Of a stretch of DNA of 61,994 nucleotides, positions 37,858-47,253 are shown in pieces. A program made the translations under genes and the position numbers. A model generated the notes under the pieces. It had not been told where the DNA came from, did not search any database, and worked only from the letters and a program-made list of their open reading frames with translations. The stretch's first letter is position 1; each line of letters begins with the position of its first letter. The stretch is from IMG/VR virus record IMGVR_UViG_3300012930_000013, positions 1 through 61,994 of that record. One strand, 5' to 3'. The DNA comes from a virus (Duplodnaviria; Caudoviricetes).

Positions 37858-39698
37858 GGATCATGTCGATGCACGTCGAGAACTTCCTGTCGTTCGGCGA
37901 GGCCGACTTCGACTTCGCCGATGCCGGGCTCGTGCTCGTGGAGGGTGACAACCGAGACGACGACAGCGCTCGATCAAACGGCTCAGGGAAGTCCGCTATG
38001 ATAGATGCGCTGGTGTGGTGTCTGTTCGGCACCACGCTGCGCGGATACCAGCATGACGACGTCGTCAACCGCCGGTCCGGTGACGCTGGTTGCGTCGTCA
38101 CCACCTACCTGTCGAGCGGTGCTGAGAAGTGGGCGGTGACGCGTGCGCGCCGCCACAAGAAGCTGAAGAACACCCTCACGGTAGAGGATGCCAGCGGGGT
38201 CGGCTTCGTGTACGCGAGCGACAAGGACGCGCAGGCCGAGGTCGAGCGCCGCCTGGGTTGCTCCGAGAGGACGTTCCTGTCGAGCGTCGTGTTCGGTCAG
38301 GACCGCGCCTACAGGTTCAGCTCGCTCACGGACGGCGAGCAGAAGAAGATCCTGGACGAGGTGCTCGGCGTCGAGCGCTTCGCGGACGCGTGCACGGCGG
38401 CGCGCAAAGCGACGGCGGCGGCCGGCGCCGAGCTCGAGACCGCGCGCCGCGAGCTCAAGGCCGTCGAGCACTTGCGAGGCGAGCTCGAGGAGGAGATCGG
38501 GGACCTCGATGCCAAGCACACCTCCTTCGAGGAGGCGCAGGCGAGCAAGGTCGAGGCCGAGCGCGAGAAGCTGGCTCGGTGGAAGGCTCAGCTCGGCAAG
38601 ACCCGCAAGTTCCCGAACATCCCGGTGCTGAAGCTCGCCGCGGAGGTGGCCCTGAAGGCCCTCGCGGCGAGTGAGAAGCGGAGCGAGAAGTGGGTCGGCG
38701 TGGATGCGGAGGCCCGCGCGGCCGTCGCCGGGAGCAAGACCAAGCTCGACCTCACCGTCGCGGAGCTGCGGAGGCGGCGGGCGGCTCCTGGGAAGTGCCC
38801 GACCTGCGGCCAGAAGGTCGCGGGGAAGGTCGGCACCGACGCGGTCGCGGAGCTCCGCGACGAGGTGGAGAAGCTGCAGGTGGCCAACGCCGGGTGGGTC
38901 AAGATCGCGGAGGAGGCCGCCGCCACCATGACCAGCTGCCGCGCCGAGCTCAAGGCCGCGCGCCAGGCGATGGCCGACGCCCAAAATGCGTGGAACGCCG
39001 GCGTGGCGCTCGAGGCCGACGCGTCGTCCTTGCGCCGGCGCCGCGCGGACTGCGAGGAGCGGATCGCCGAGCTCGAGGGAGAGGTCAGCCCGTACGCGGA
39101 GCTCGCCGGCGCCGCTAGAGTCAAGCACGCGCGGTATGAGAAGGAGGCGAAGGCGCTCGCCGTCGACGTGGCTGTCCACGAGGTGGACCTCAAGCGGGCG
39201 CAGTTCTGGGTCCAGGCGTTCGGCGCGGCCGGCTTGCGGTCCCTGCTGCTCGACACCTCGCTCCCGATCCTCAACGAGGAGGCGTCGCGGGTCTCGCGCG
39301 CGGTCACCGGCGGCTCGATCAGCATCGAGTTCAGCGCGACGTCCGAGCAGAAGTCGGGCAAGGTCGTCGACCGCTTCGAGGTCAGGGTGGACAACAGGCA
39401 CGGGGCCGGCACCTACGAGGGCAACAGCGCCGGCGAGCGCGCCAAGGTCGACCTGTGCGTCGGCCTGGCGCTCCAGCGGCTCGTCGCGTCTCGGTCGACC
39501 GCGTCGTTCAACATCGCATTCTACGACGAGGTGTTCGACCACCTCGACTCTGCGGCGCACGAGCGCGTGGTAGGCGTCCTGTCCGACCTCGACAAGGAGA
39601 GCGTCTTCGTCGTGAGCCACGACGATGACCTCAAGGCGTGGTTCCCGGCCACGCTGCGGGTGGTCAAGGAGGGCGGGATGTCGAGGGTGGAGACCTGA
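37851..39698 (+). CDS. sbcC: SbcC/Rad50/gp46-like ATPase
   Basis: ENFLSF, NGSGKS, coiled coil with CPTCGQ zinc hook, SAGE signature, YDEVFDHLD, VVSH. Confidence 0.9.
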   Translation: MLRIMSMHVENFLSFGEADFDFADAGLVLVEGDNRDDDSARSNGSGKSAMIDALVWCLFGTTLRGYQHDDVVNRRSGDAGCVVTTYLSSGAEKWAVTRARRHKKLKNTLTVEDASGVGFVYASDKDAQAEVERRLGCSERTFLSSVVFGQDRAYRFSSLTDGEQKKILDEVLGVERFADACTAARKATAAAGAELETARRELKAVEHLRGELEEEIGDLDAKHTSFEEAQASKVEAEREKLARWKAQLGKTRKFPNIPVLKLAAEVALKALAASEKRSEKWVGVDAEARAAVAGSKTKLDLTVAELRRRRAAPGKCPTCGQKVAGKVGTDAVAELRDEVEKLQVANAGWVKIAEEAAATMTSCRAELKAARQAMADAQNAWNAGVALEADASSLRRRRADCEERIAELEGEVSPYAELAGAARVKHARYEKEAKALAVDVAVHEVDLKRAQFWVQAFGAAGLRSLLLDTSLPILNEEASRVSRAVTGGSISIEFSATSEQKSGKVVDRFEVRVDNRHGAGTYEGNSAGERAKVDLCVGLALQRLVASRSTASFNIAFYDEVFDHLDSAAHERVVGVLSDLDKESVFVVSHDDDLKAWFPATLRVVKEGGMSRVET

Positions 39699-39712
39699 TC
39701 CTTGGTATTACT

Positions 39713-39743
39713 GTTGACAACGTCATCACGAGCGCGGTAGGAT
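39713..39743 (+). promoter_or_regulatory. Operator GTTGACAACGTCATC over -35 TTGACA with -10 TAGGAT
   Basis: Intergenic copy of the recurring motif. Confidence 0.65.
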
Positions 39744-39752
39744 AGCTGGGAG

Positions 39753-40322
39753 ATGGCCGAGATCATCACGAAGCGTTTCATAGTCTGTCCGGGTTGCGGC
39801 AAGTACCATCACCCAGTCGAGCATCTGTTCGACGGCACCGAGCGGACGTTCTGGAGCTGGAATTGCGGGACTGAAGATTGCTCGACTGAGATATCGGGCG
39901 CGGTTCATCCCGATGGCACGATCGACGTCAAGTCTGAGATCAAGGAGAAGCGTCAGCGCGGGTTCGCGCTGCTCAAGCTCCGCGACCTGTACCTCGTGAT
40001 GGAAGAAAGGTATTGTCGCATCCTGCCTGATCGAGCCGACTACTTCTACCACTCGCACAAGTGCCCGACCAACCTCTTGCATGACGTGGTCGAGGTGTAT
40101 GGGACGAGCGGCGAGAACGACCCGCATGGCTTGATCCGGTACGTCGCGGGCATCGACAGCACGCCTGAGACACGCGAAATTCTTCGCAACTCGTCGCTTC
40201 GCCAAGTCATGGAGTTGTTCGGCACCGACGGCGAGCCGATCGCCACAGACTGGCCGGAATCGAATGAAGGCGTGATCCCATGGATCGCTGAGATACGGCG
40301 AGAAGACGCCAAAAAGTCGTAG
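39753..40322 (+). CDS. Hypothetical Zn-ribbon protein
   Basis: CPGCG...WNCGTEDC; directly downstream of promoter. Confidence 0.5.
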   Translation: MAEIITKRFIVCPGCGKYHHPVEHLFDGTERTFWSWNCGTEDCSTEISGAVHPDGTIDVKSEIKEKRQRGFALLKLRDLYLVMEERYCRILPDRADYFYHSHKCPTNLLHDVVEVYGTSGENDPHGLIRYVAGIDSTPETREILRNSSLRQVMELFGTDGEPIATDWPESNEGVIPWIAEIRREDAKKS

Positions 40323-40353
40323 CGGGTGGTGGAGTAGTCAACCGGGCAAGTTC

Positions 40354-40647
40354 ATGCGCCGACGCGATCCCTTTCGTAGCCCTCGCGGATCCAAGAGCCA
40401 CAGCGCCAGGTGGCGCCGGGTCGTCCGAGCCATCGTCCAGAGAGACGGGATGCTCTGCTCGATCTGCTGCTACCCGATGAAGATGGGTGCCCGCCCGGGC
40501 AGCGACCCGGACGCCATTACAATCGACCACCGCGTCCCGAGGGCTAGAGGAGGGGACGACCGCATGGACAACCTGCAGCTCGCCCACAGAAGGTGTAACG
40601 GAGACCGCGGCACTGCGCCGTGGTCTGGCGGACCGGAGGCACCATGA
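40354..40647 (+). CDS. HNH endonuclease
   Basis: RDGMLCSIC...TIDHRVPRARGG...NLQLAHRRCN. Confidence 0.8.
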   Translation: MRRRDPFRSPRGSKSHSARWRRVVRAIVQRDGMLCSICCYPMKMGARPGSDPDAITIDHRVPRARGGDDRMDNLQLAHRRCNGDRGTAPWSGGPEAP

Positions 40648-40922
40648 AACAACGACTTCTAAAATTTCGCTCCGACGACGGGACGAGCAAAACCGGAGGA
40701 GGACCTCGCGGCGTTGACGTCGCTGTGGCTCTCACCGAGAGTGAGCGGTTCAGGCGTGCCATCTGGAAGGTCATGCGGGAGTTCACCCACGTCGCGTTAT
40801 CCGACCTGATCCGGAACGGTTTGTATGAGATCGCCGCCGGGTACCACTACTGGCGTCAGGAAGAGCGAGACGTGGAGCGCGCCGCCAAACGACTCCGAGA
40901 CCTGCGTAAGAAGTGGTCATGA
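40644..40922 (+). CDS. Hypothetical protein
   Basis: GGAGG RBS; ATGA coupling. Confidence 0.45.
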   Translation: MKQRLLKFRSDDGTSKTGGGPRGVDVAVALTESERFRRAIWKVMREFTHVALSDLIRNGLYEIAAGYHYWRQEERDVERAAKRLRDLRKKWS

Positions 40923-41557
40923 CCATCAAGCCGTTGCGGGACGACCTGATCCGGAAGATGCGGCACGAGCACTGCGTCGCCGCTCAGCGCGCGGTGACGC
41001 GGGTGTGGGTGGACAGCCAGCTGGAGCAGGTAAACGGCGGTGGGTACCCGGTCACCGGACCATGGTCGTTCCGCGAGACGTGCGAGCACCACAACTGGGA
41101 CGATCTCGATGGTCGGTGGTTGCGGTGTTCTCGGTGCTGGTGGTGCAAGCCCGTGCTCGGGGTCCCGCCGAAGCTCGAGAAGCTGCCGGCGCTCCTGAAG
41201 GGGCGGGTGCTCCCGCCGCTGTCCGGCAAGGTCGATCTGCACGCGCTCTACTGCAACGCCGGGTTCGTCCTGGACGACGATCGCCGGTCGGTGCTGTCCG
41301 CCGTGCGCGTCCGCGTCGTCCAGCACTCGTGGGGCTCCGGCGCCGACATCCGGCGGTGTGGAGCGGAGGTCAGGTTCCGGGACCGTGGGTGGCGCGAGGC
41401 CGCGGTGTTCATGGAGACGTGGACGCACCGCCTCGTCTCCGCGCTGAGCGTGGCCGAGCCGAGGCGCCCGAAGGCGCTGTGGCGGGCGGTCCAGGAGGCT
41501 ATGGAGTGCCGCTGGGCGCCGCCGTGGGAACGGGAATCATGGAAGGAGACGACGTGA
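40919..41557 (+). CDS. Hypothetical protein
   Basis: ATGA-coupled ORF. Confidence 0.45.
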   Translation: MTIKPLRDDLIRKMRHEHCVAAQRAVTRVWVDSQLEQVNGGGYPVTGPWSFRETCEHHNWDDLDGRWLRCSRCWWCKPVLGVPPKLEKLPALLKGRVLPPLSGKVDLHALYCNAGFVLDDDRRSVLSAVRVRVVQHSWGSGADIRRCGAEVRFRDRGWREAAVFMETWTHRLVSALSVAEPRRPKALWRAVQEAMECRWAPPWERESWKETT

Positions 41558-42039
41558 GCATCATCAAGGTACATAGACCAGTGTTCTGCCTCTACCACGA
41601 CATGCCTGTGGTGACGTGGCAGGTAGGCGACGGGCCGATCCGCACCGACGTCAACATGCTCGCCCAGTACCGAAGCTGGCGCTCCGGCAGTTGCGGGAAG
41701 CACGAGCCTGCGCCTGTGTTCTGGGAGTCGCGCGGGCCAGAGGTTGTCCGCGCCCTGGAGTTCTGCGGCGCCGCGGCGGTCATCCTCGAGCACGTCGGCG
41801 ACCGGCGGGTCGCATACCTCTGGTTCGCGCGCGAGCGGGGGTTATTCTCAGGATCGGAGGAGTTCCGCGTCTGCTCGGTCAGCGTCGAGGGTGGCACCAG
41901 GGGTTTAGCATCCCGCGTGACGGTCACCCTGCCGACGGATGAGGACGTCATGTTCACGTTCAGCTGGAACCAGATGCAGCTCTGGCGCAAGCCGGACGTG
42001 GCAGACGGCGTCGCGGTGTCACAGGTGCAGGCCCCGTGA
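41554..42039 (+). CDS. Hypothetical protein
   Basis: AAGGAG RBS; GTGA coupling. Confidence 0.45.
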   Translation: MSIIKVHRPVFCLYHDMPVVTWQVGDGPIRTDVNMLAQYRSWRSGSCGKHEPAPVFWESRGPEVVRALEFCGAAAVILEHVGDRRVAYLWFARERGLFSGSEEFRVCSVSVEGGTRGLASRVTVTLPTDEDVMFTFSWNQMQLWRKPDVADGVAVSQVQAP

Positions 42040-42695
42040 TCACCAAGCCGAGCGTCATGGCTCGCATCCTGGCCGCCACCGCGGGCGCGCCATACGAGCT
42101 CGAGCACCCGGAGCTGACCCGGCACGCGCCGTTCAAGGTCGTGTGCGCAGATCCTCCGTGGCCGTTCGGGGACTCTCTTCCCGGACCAGGGCGCGGCGCT
42201 GCGAAGCACTACGGCGTGCTCAGCTTGGACGACATCAGGAACCACAGGTTCGTCGGAGGCGAGGTGCTCGACCCGCGGCGCGACCTCGTCGCGGACGACG
42301 CATACCTGTTCCTGTGGCGCGTGAGTGCCGGGGCCGACATCGCCACGCTCACCTTCGCGGAGGAGGCATACCAGGTCGCCCGCGCGTGGGGCTTCGCGCC
42401 GAAGACCGAGGTCGTGCTGCGCAAGCAGACGAAGAACGGGAAGCGTCACTTCGGGATGGGCTGGCACATCCGCAACGAGCACGAGACCTGTGTCCTCGCG
42501 GTCCGCGGCAAGCCGAAGCCGCTGGTGCAGAACATCCGGTCGGTGATCGAGGCGCGGGTCTCGCGTCGTCACAGCGCCAAGCCCGAGGTGTTCTACACAG
42601 ACATCGTGGAGAAGATCAGCGACGGGCCGTACGTCGAGCTGTTCGCGAGGAGCACGCGTCCCGGCTGGACCTGCCTCGGCGACGAGGTGCCGTGA
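42036..42695 (+). CDS. MT-A70 family N6-adenine methyltransferase
   Basis: ADPPW, YLFLW, AWGF, GMGW..RN.HE, HSAKPE, YVELFAR..RPGW. Confidence 0.9.
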   Translation: MITKPSVMARILAATAGAPYELEHPELTRHAPFKVVCADPPWPFGDSLPGPGRGAAKHYGVLSLDDIRNHRFVGGEVLDPRRDLVADDAYLFLWRVSAGADIATLTFAEEAYQVARAWGFAPKTEVVLRKQTKNGKRHFGMGWHIRNEHETCVLAVRGKPKPLVQNIRSVIEARVSRRHSAKPEVFYTDIVEKISDGPYVELFARSTRPGWTCLGDEVP

Positions 42696-42889
42696 TGGCG
42701 ACGTGGCAGGTCCTCCTGCTGCTCGGCCTGCTGTCGGCGGTCGTCTGGACCACGTCGACGCTGTTCGGAGGTCGGCGGCGCCTGCGCGGGGACAGCCGGG
42801 TCGGCCAGCTGGGCGCACCGAGCTGCTGGTGGTGCGGCGCCCGGCACGACGGCAGGATGTTCATCGACTGTCCGAGCCGCGAGGATTGA
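42695..42889 (+). CDS. Small membrane protein
   Basis: WQVLLLLGLLSAVVW hydrophobic N-terminus; coupled start. Confidence 0.4.
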   Translation: MATWQVLLLLGLLSAVVWTTSTLFGGRRRLRGDSRVGQLGAPSCWWCGARHDGRMFIDCPSRED

Positions 42890-42901
42890 CGTCATCTTTC
42901 T

Positions 42902-42931
42902 GTTGACGACGTCACCAGGATGAGGTAGCGT
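42902..42931 (+). promoter_or_regulatory. Operator GTTGACGACGTCACC over -35 TTGACG with -10 TAGCGT
   Basis: Intergenic copy; 17-bp spacer; ATG at 42939 suggests a leaderless transcript. Confidence 0.65.
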
Positions 42932-42938
42932 CTCCCGG

Positions 42939-43196
42939 ATGAAGATATTCGGAGAAGAAGAGGTCGAGTGGCTCGACGGCATGTGCCAATTCCGGCACGT
43001 CCTCGTCGCCACCAGTCGAGGTAGCTGGAGCAGGCTGTGCTACGCCCTGCCCTCGGAGTACGAGACGGTCGAGCCGTCGCCGAGGCCGACGACGGATCCG
43101 GTCGTCTGGAAGCACGACCGGAGCAAGATCACCTGCGCCGGCTGCCTCGCGGTCCTCGACGGTGCCGTCGTCGAGCGCGTCCCGGTGCCGCTGTGA
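42939..43196 (+). CDS. Hypothetical Zn-finger protein
   Basis: H...LC...ITCAGCL. Confidence 0.45.
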   Translation: MKIFGEEEVEWLDGMCQFRHVLVATSRGSWSRLCYALPSEYETVEPSPRPTTDPVVWKHDRSKITCAGCLAVLDGAVVERVPVPL

Positions 43197-43534
43197 CCGA
43201 CGCCAGCGCGGCTGACGACCTGGTGGTGGCGGCGCAGCAGCAGCTCGACGAGCACAAGGCATGGCTCTGCCTGGAGATCTCCAGGATCCCATCCGACGTC
43301 GGGGTGGACGGCTCCAAGCCTGTGCTCTGCGCTCAGGCGCTCAGCATCGGGCTCCGCGTCGCGCGGACCAACGGGCGCGTCGTGTCCCTGATGTTTGAGT
43401 ACCCGGACGAGCTGTACGCGTTCCTCATCTCCGGTCTCGCGCCACAGCACCTCCGCGCGTCGCTCGCCGGCGGCCACGTGGTCGACCTGAACAAGCCCGC
43501 GTCCACGCTCCGGCGCGCGCCGGACGGGGAGTAG
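43193..43534 (+). CDS. Hypothetical protein
   Basis: GTGA-coupled ORF. Confidence 0.4.
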   Translation: MTDASAADDLVVAAQQQLDEHKAWLCLEISRIPSDVGVDGSKPVLCAQALSIGLRVARTNGRVVSLMFEYPDELYAFLISGLAPQHLRASLAGGHVVDLNKPASTLRRAPDGE

Positions 43535-43542
43535 CGGGAGTT

Positions 43543-44214
43543 ATGTCTTCCGTAGACGACATCGAGCAGGTGAAGAAGCGCCTCCGCGAGCACGCCGGCA
43601 AGGGTGCGAGCAAAGGCAAGGCCGGCCGCGCGCCCATCACCTCGATCGCCAAGGTCGAGTCCGACCGCGGGCGCAAGAACAGCCGGGTCAAGGGTAACCG
43701 GGCCGAGCTCGACGTCGCCGAGATGTTCTCGCGGTGGAGCGGCGAGGTCGTCCGCCGCACGCCGGGCTCCGGCGGGTGGTCGAACGCGAAGTTCGGCGTG
43801 ACCGCCGACCTCGTGTGCGCGAACCGAGCCTTCCCGTACTCAGTTGAGGTCAAACACAGGGAAAACTGGGTCCTCGACGACCTGGTCACTGGTGTTCGCC
43901 GTGAGCATGACAAGAGCATCGTCCAGTGGTGGAAGCAGTGCGTCGACTCGTGCCCGCGAGATGCTGCGCGTCAGCGCGATGGCATCCGCAGGGACGCCCC
44001 TTTCGCGAAGCTGCCGCTGCTCGTGTTCCGACGCAACCGGCAGCCGTGGCTCGTGATGATGAGCGAGGACACCACGTGCCAGGGAGGCGTCGGGGTCGGC
44101 CTGTTCGAGGTCCCGTGCTCGCCGCTCATCCGCATCGTGAAGGTGATGCTGCTCGAGGTGTTCCTCGACCTCGAGCCCGTCCCCGAGGGTCTCAAGAACT
44201 ACAAAGAAGATTGA
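43543..44214 (+). CDS. Holliday junction resolvase (PD-(D/E)XK)
   Basis: NSRVKGNRAE...RTPGSGG...ADL...SVEVK...WWKQ...PLLVFRRNR. Confidence 0.8.
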   Translation: MSSVDDIEQVKKRLREHAGKGASKGKAGRAPITSIAKVESDRGRKNSRVKGNRAELDVAEMFSRWSGEVVRRTPGSGGWSNAKFGVTADLVCANRAFPYSVEVKHRENWVLDDLVTGVRREHDKSIVQWWKQCVDSCPRDAARQRDGIRRDAPFAKLPLLVFRRNRQPWLVMMSEDTTCQGGVGVGLFEVPCSPLIRIVKVMLLEVFLDLEPVPEGLKNYKED

Positions 44215-44256
44215 CGCGAAGCTGTTCTCGAATACAACTGAGAGAAGGAGAACGAC

Positions 44257-44643
44257 ATGAACCGGATCATCGTGCTACTCACCGCAACGCTGTTCGCCTG
44301 CTACTACGAGCCGAACACAGAGGAGGTCGAACAGAATACCGTGTGTGCCCCGGCGGCGAGGTGCAACCCGATCATCTGCGTCAGGATCTTCAACGGGGTC
44401 CACTGCGACACACGAGATGAAGAGGCGAACGTCCAGTGCCGCAGGTCATCGTGCGGTCAGGCGTCGTTCTGCCCGACTCCTGTGTCGTTCACCAGCATGA
44501 TCGACGACATCTCGTACACGTGCGAGCACACCGGGTGCGCCGGAAACCCTTGCCCGTTTCCAAGCGAGGACTACTGGAACTGCATGTACAACATATCGAA
44601 CGCCAAGACGTTTCAGTGTCAGTACCAGGCTGAAGCTAAGTAA
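44257..44643 (+). CDS. Cys-rich putative lipoprotein
   Basis: MNRIIVLLTATLFAC lipobox-like signal; many Cys; own TTGACG..TACAAC promoter-like sequence (44211-44238) and AAGGAG RBS. Confidence 0.6.
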   Translation: MNRIIVLLTATLFACYYEPNTEEVEQNTVCAPAARCNPIICVRIFNGVHCDTRDEEANVQCRRSSCGQASFCPTPVSFTSMIDDISYTCEHTGCAGNPCPFPSEDYWNCMYNISNAKTFQCQYQAEAK

Positions 44644-44678
44644 CACACGACGTTAGCGCTGCACATGACTAGGAAGAG

Positions 44679-45191
44679 ATGGGAGCCATGAGCACGAAGA
44701 GGATCGCCGAGATCCTGCACGTCGACGAGGTCAAGCTCTCGCACGGGCCCGATGGTGTCCTGATCTCCACTCGGGTCGACGACCTGTGGAAGCACATGGC
44801 GATCGACCACGAGGACCTCGGGACCGGCAAGCACAGGCTCGAGGTCCTCGTCAAGCACCTGGTGATCGCGGCTGACGAGAGCATTAAGCAGGACAACATC
44901 CGCAAGGGCCTCCCTCCATTCGCGTTCGACGGCGCCACGCGAGCGGCGGTGCGCGCCGACCAGGAAGCCAACCAGCGTCGCTGGGTCGAGCGGGCCGAGG
45001 CGGCAGTGCAGCAGGCCAATGAGCGCTTCGAGCGCAGAACCCAGGTTACGGGAGTCGATCAGTTTGCGTCGATGACTTCACTCGCCGCACTCCCCGAGCG
45101 CAATGAGGTTCCAGAGACTCAGGAGCGCGTCGCGATCGACCAGCTACCGAGCCGGTTCCACGCCATCATGGCTGAGCTCGAGGACCTGTGA
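44679..45191 (+). CDS. Hypothetical protein
   Basis: ORF ending RFHAIMAELEDL. Confidence 0.5.
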   Translation: MGAMSTKRIAEILHVDEVKLSHGPDGVLISTRVDDLWKHMAIDHEDLGTGKHRLEVLVKHLVIAADESIKQDNIRKGLPPFAFDGATRAAVRADQEANQRRWVERAEAAVQQANERFERRTQVTGVDQFASMTSLAALPERNEVPETQERVAIDQLPSRFHAIMAELEDL

Positions 45192-45550
45192 GCTGGCGAG
45201 AGCTGTTCGGCGACGCGACCCCGGAGGACCTCGCCATCATGCTCGGCGTGGACGAGGTTACGTTGCTTGCGACGCAATCGATGGATATCGTGCTACGAGT
45301 TCGTCTGGGAGTGAACTTTACCCAGAGCAGTATAAGTTACCTAGAACTAGAGAAGAGCTTTACGGTATACCGCGTCAGGAGCATCGTGATCGACACGCTA
45401 AAAATCATGGCGCGGAAGCTTCGCCGCGGTCCTGTTCCTGAGCCGGTCCAGAGTGTGTTAACATATGTGCTCCCTGAGCAAGACACGACGCCGGGTGAGC
45501 AACATGCAGATCGGTTCGCGGCGATCGCGGAGGAGATGAAGGACACATGA
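45188..45550 (+). CDS. Hypothetical protein
   Basis: GTGA coupling; ends RFAAIAEEMKDT. Confidence 0.5.
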   Translation: MSWRELFGDATPEDLAIMLGVDEVTLLATQSMDIVLRVRLGVNFTQSSISYLELEKSFTVYRVRSIVIDTLKIMARKLRRGPVPEPVQSVLTYVLPEQDTTPGEQHADRFAAIAEEMKDT

Positions 45551-45906
45551 GGCAGCTGAGGTACATCGACTACGACTGTCCGTCTTGCGGTGACGCATGC
45601 ACGCGGTTCGTCTACTTCGACACAGAAGCTAGCGTGCCGACCGAGGCGCAGACCTGCCTCGAGCATGTGCAGCCAGAGGGTCACGCCATAGAGGGGACCT
45701 GCAGCAGCGTGCTCGTTCCGCGCGAGATGTCCGGGGTCGGCTACATGAAGACCATCACGAAGGGCAACGAGGACTTCTCCGAGCGCGAGCGCGAGCGCCT
45801 CGAGAAGCGGCAGGACGACCACTGGCGCCGGCAGGGTCGGGACGAGGCCATCGACCGCGAGCGCGCGTTCTTGAAGAAGAACGGCGCGGTCGGCGGGGTC
45901 CGGTGA
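45547..45906 (+). CDS. FmdB-like Zn-ribbon protein
   Basis: YIDYDCPSCG...C...C; AAGGA RBS. Confidence 0.5.
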   Translation: MRQLRYIDYDCPSCGDACTRFVYFDTEASVPTEAQTCLEHVQPEGHAIEGTCSSVLVPREMSGVGYMKTITKGNEDFSERERERLEKRQDDHWRRQGRDEAIDRERAFLKKNGAVGGVR

Positions 45907-46157
45907 GCCGAGCGTCCGAGAGCCGACCGCTGCGCGGCCATCGGGTCCTGAAGCACCACTACTACATCTCCGACGAGGACCTCCTGCGGGTCTGGGTCGA
46001 GTCGGCGACGCTGGAAGAGGTCGCGGACATGTGTGGCATCACCGTCAGCACCGTCTTGAACCGCATGACCAAGATGCGGAACCGAGGGGTCGAGGTCCCG
46101 AGGTGGCGCGACCTCCAGCGTCAGCGGCTGCTGGTCAGTCTTGGCGCCACGCCTTGA
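45903..46157 (+). CDS. Small helix-turn-helix protein
   Basis: TLEEVADMCGITVSTVLNRMTKMRNRGV. Confidence 0.6.
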   Translation: MSRASESRPLRGHRVLKHHYYISDEDLLRVWVESATLEEVADMCGITVSTVLNRMTKMRNRGVEVPRWRDLQRQRLLVSLGATP

Positions 46158-46542
46158 CGGTGACCTGGACCGTCTGCCCGGTAGACGGCTGTGTCCCGGT
46201 GGGGTCGATCCACAGCGCCACGAACTGACGCTCGTGGAATTCGATGTACATCTGGTCCTGGTCGGTCGGCGAGTTCATCTGCAGAACACCGTGCGGCTTC
46301 GCGGTCGGCGGAGGCGGCGCGCCGAACCCGGTGACGTACTCGTAGTCGAACGTGTAGAGCACGCGAAGTCCGATCGGTGGCGCGGTTGTCCCGAACTCGA
46401 GGGAGAGGCGCTGGCCCTGCGCGACGAAGCCGAAGTAGCACTGGCCGCGCGGGTCGCGCGGGTCGAGGACCGGGGCGAACGGGGTGGGCGGGTTGAGGTC
46501 AACGAGGCGGAAGTAGTCGTTGGTGTGGTTCGTGGCTGTCAT
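46135..46542 (-). CDS. Hypothetical protein on the opposite strand
   Basis: Protein-like beta-rich composition and GC3-rich codons on the - strand. Confidence 0.5.
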   Translation of the reverse strand: MTATNHTNDYFRLVDLNPPTPFAPVLDPRDPRGQCYFGFVAQGQRLSLEFGTTAPPIGLRVLYTFDYEYVTGFGAPPPPTAKPHGVLQMNSPTDQDQMYIEFHERQFVALWIDPTGTQPSTGQTVQVTVKAWRQD

Positions 46543-46771
46543 TTCGCGCGGGAAGGTACACGCAGGACCCGTTCTCCGCAGCTCGGCCTGGCACGAATGT
46601 AGGTAAATCTACCTGGTTCAGGTGGGGTGCACCGCTGGTGCACCTGCACCACTATGGGAAGTGGCCGAATATGCTGGATACCTGGTACAGATCGTGCCGG
46701 TTGCATGCGCCCTGACGCCCAGTTACGCTGGACTGGTGAGCAGGCGAAGACGCCGGAGACCTGTGGTGAAG

Positions 46772-46993
46772 ATGGACCTCTACCGCAAGGCGAAGTGGAT
46801 GGTGGCGAACGGCCTGCCGCCGGCGCACGTCGCCGCGCGCCTCGGCATCTCCCGCACAACCGGGCTGCGCTGGCGCCAGCTCATGGACCACGACGCGACC
46901 GTCAGCGAGCTCCGGCGCCGGGTGCTGCAGCTGCCGCCGCATTGCCGAGAGCAGATCGCCACGGCGATCCAGGACGCGAGGAGAGCAGCGTGA
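46772..46993 (+). CDS. Small helix-turn-helix protein
   Basis: GLPPAHVAARLGISRTTGLRW. Confidence 0.6.
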   Translation: MDLYRKAKWMVANGLPPAHVAARLGISRTTGLRWRQLMDHDATVSELRRRVLQLPPHCREQIATAIQDARRAA

Positions 46994-47253
46994 ACGACGA
47001 TTTGCATCTTGTGCCGTGCAGGCTGAGCGACTTAGGTCGTGGCGTTACCCTCCTCGTCTCGAGCAGCGCCGACGAACCGCTGCGCCCAGCTACGCGGTGG
47101 GAGCGCTTGAAGTACGCGGTGCTTCAGCCGCTGTTTCACACCACTCGTTGGTTTCGACCTCGGGTTACTGTGGTTAGGATCGGGGACGACGGGTGCGAGC
47201 TGACTTACGAGCGCTGGTCTTGGCTCCGCTGGTGCTGGGAGCAGGTGTCATGA
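46990..47253 (+). CDS. Hypothetical protein
   Basis: GTGA-coupled ORF; GAGGAG RBS. Confidence 0.35.
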   Translation: MNDDLHLVPCRLSDLGRGVTLLVSSSADEPLRPATRWERLKYAVLQPLFHTTRWFRPRVTVVRIGDDGCELTYERWSWLRWCWEQVS

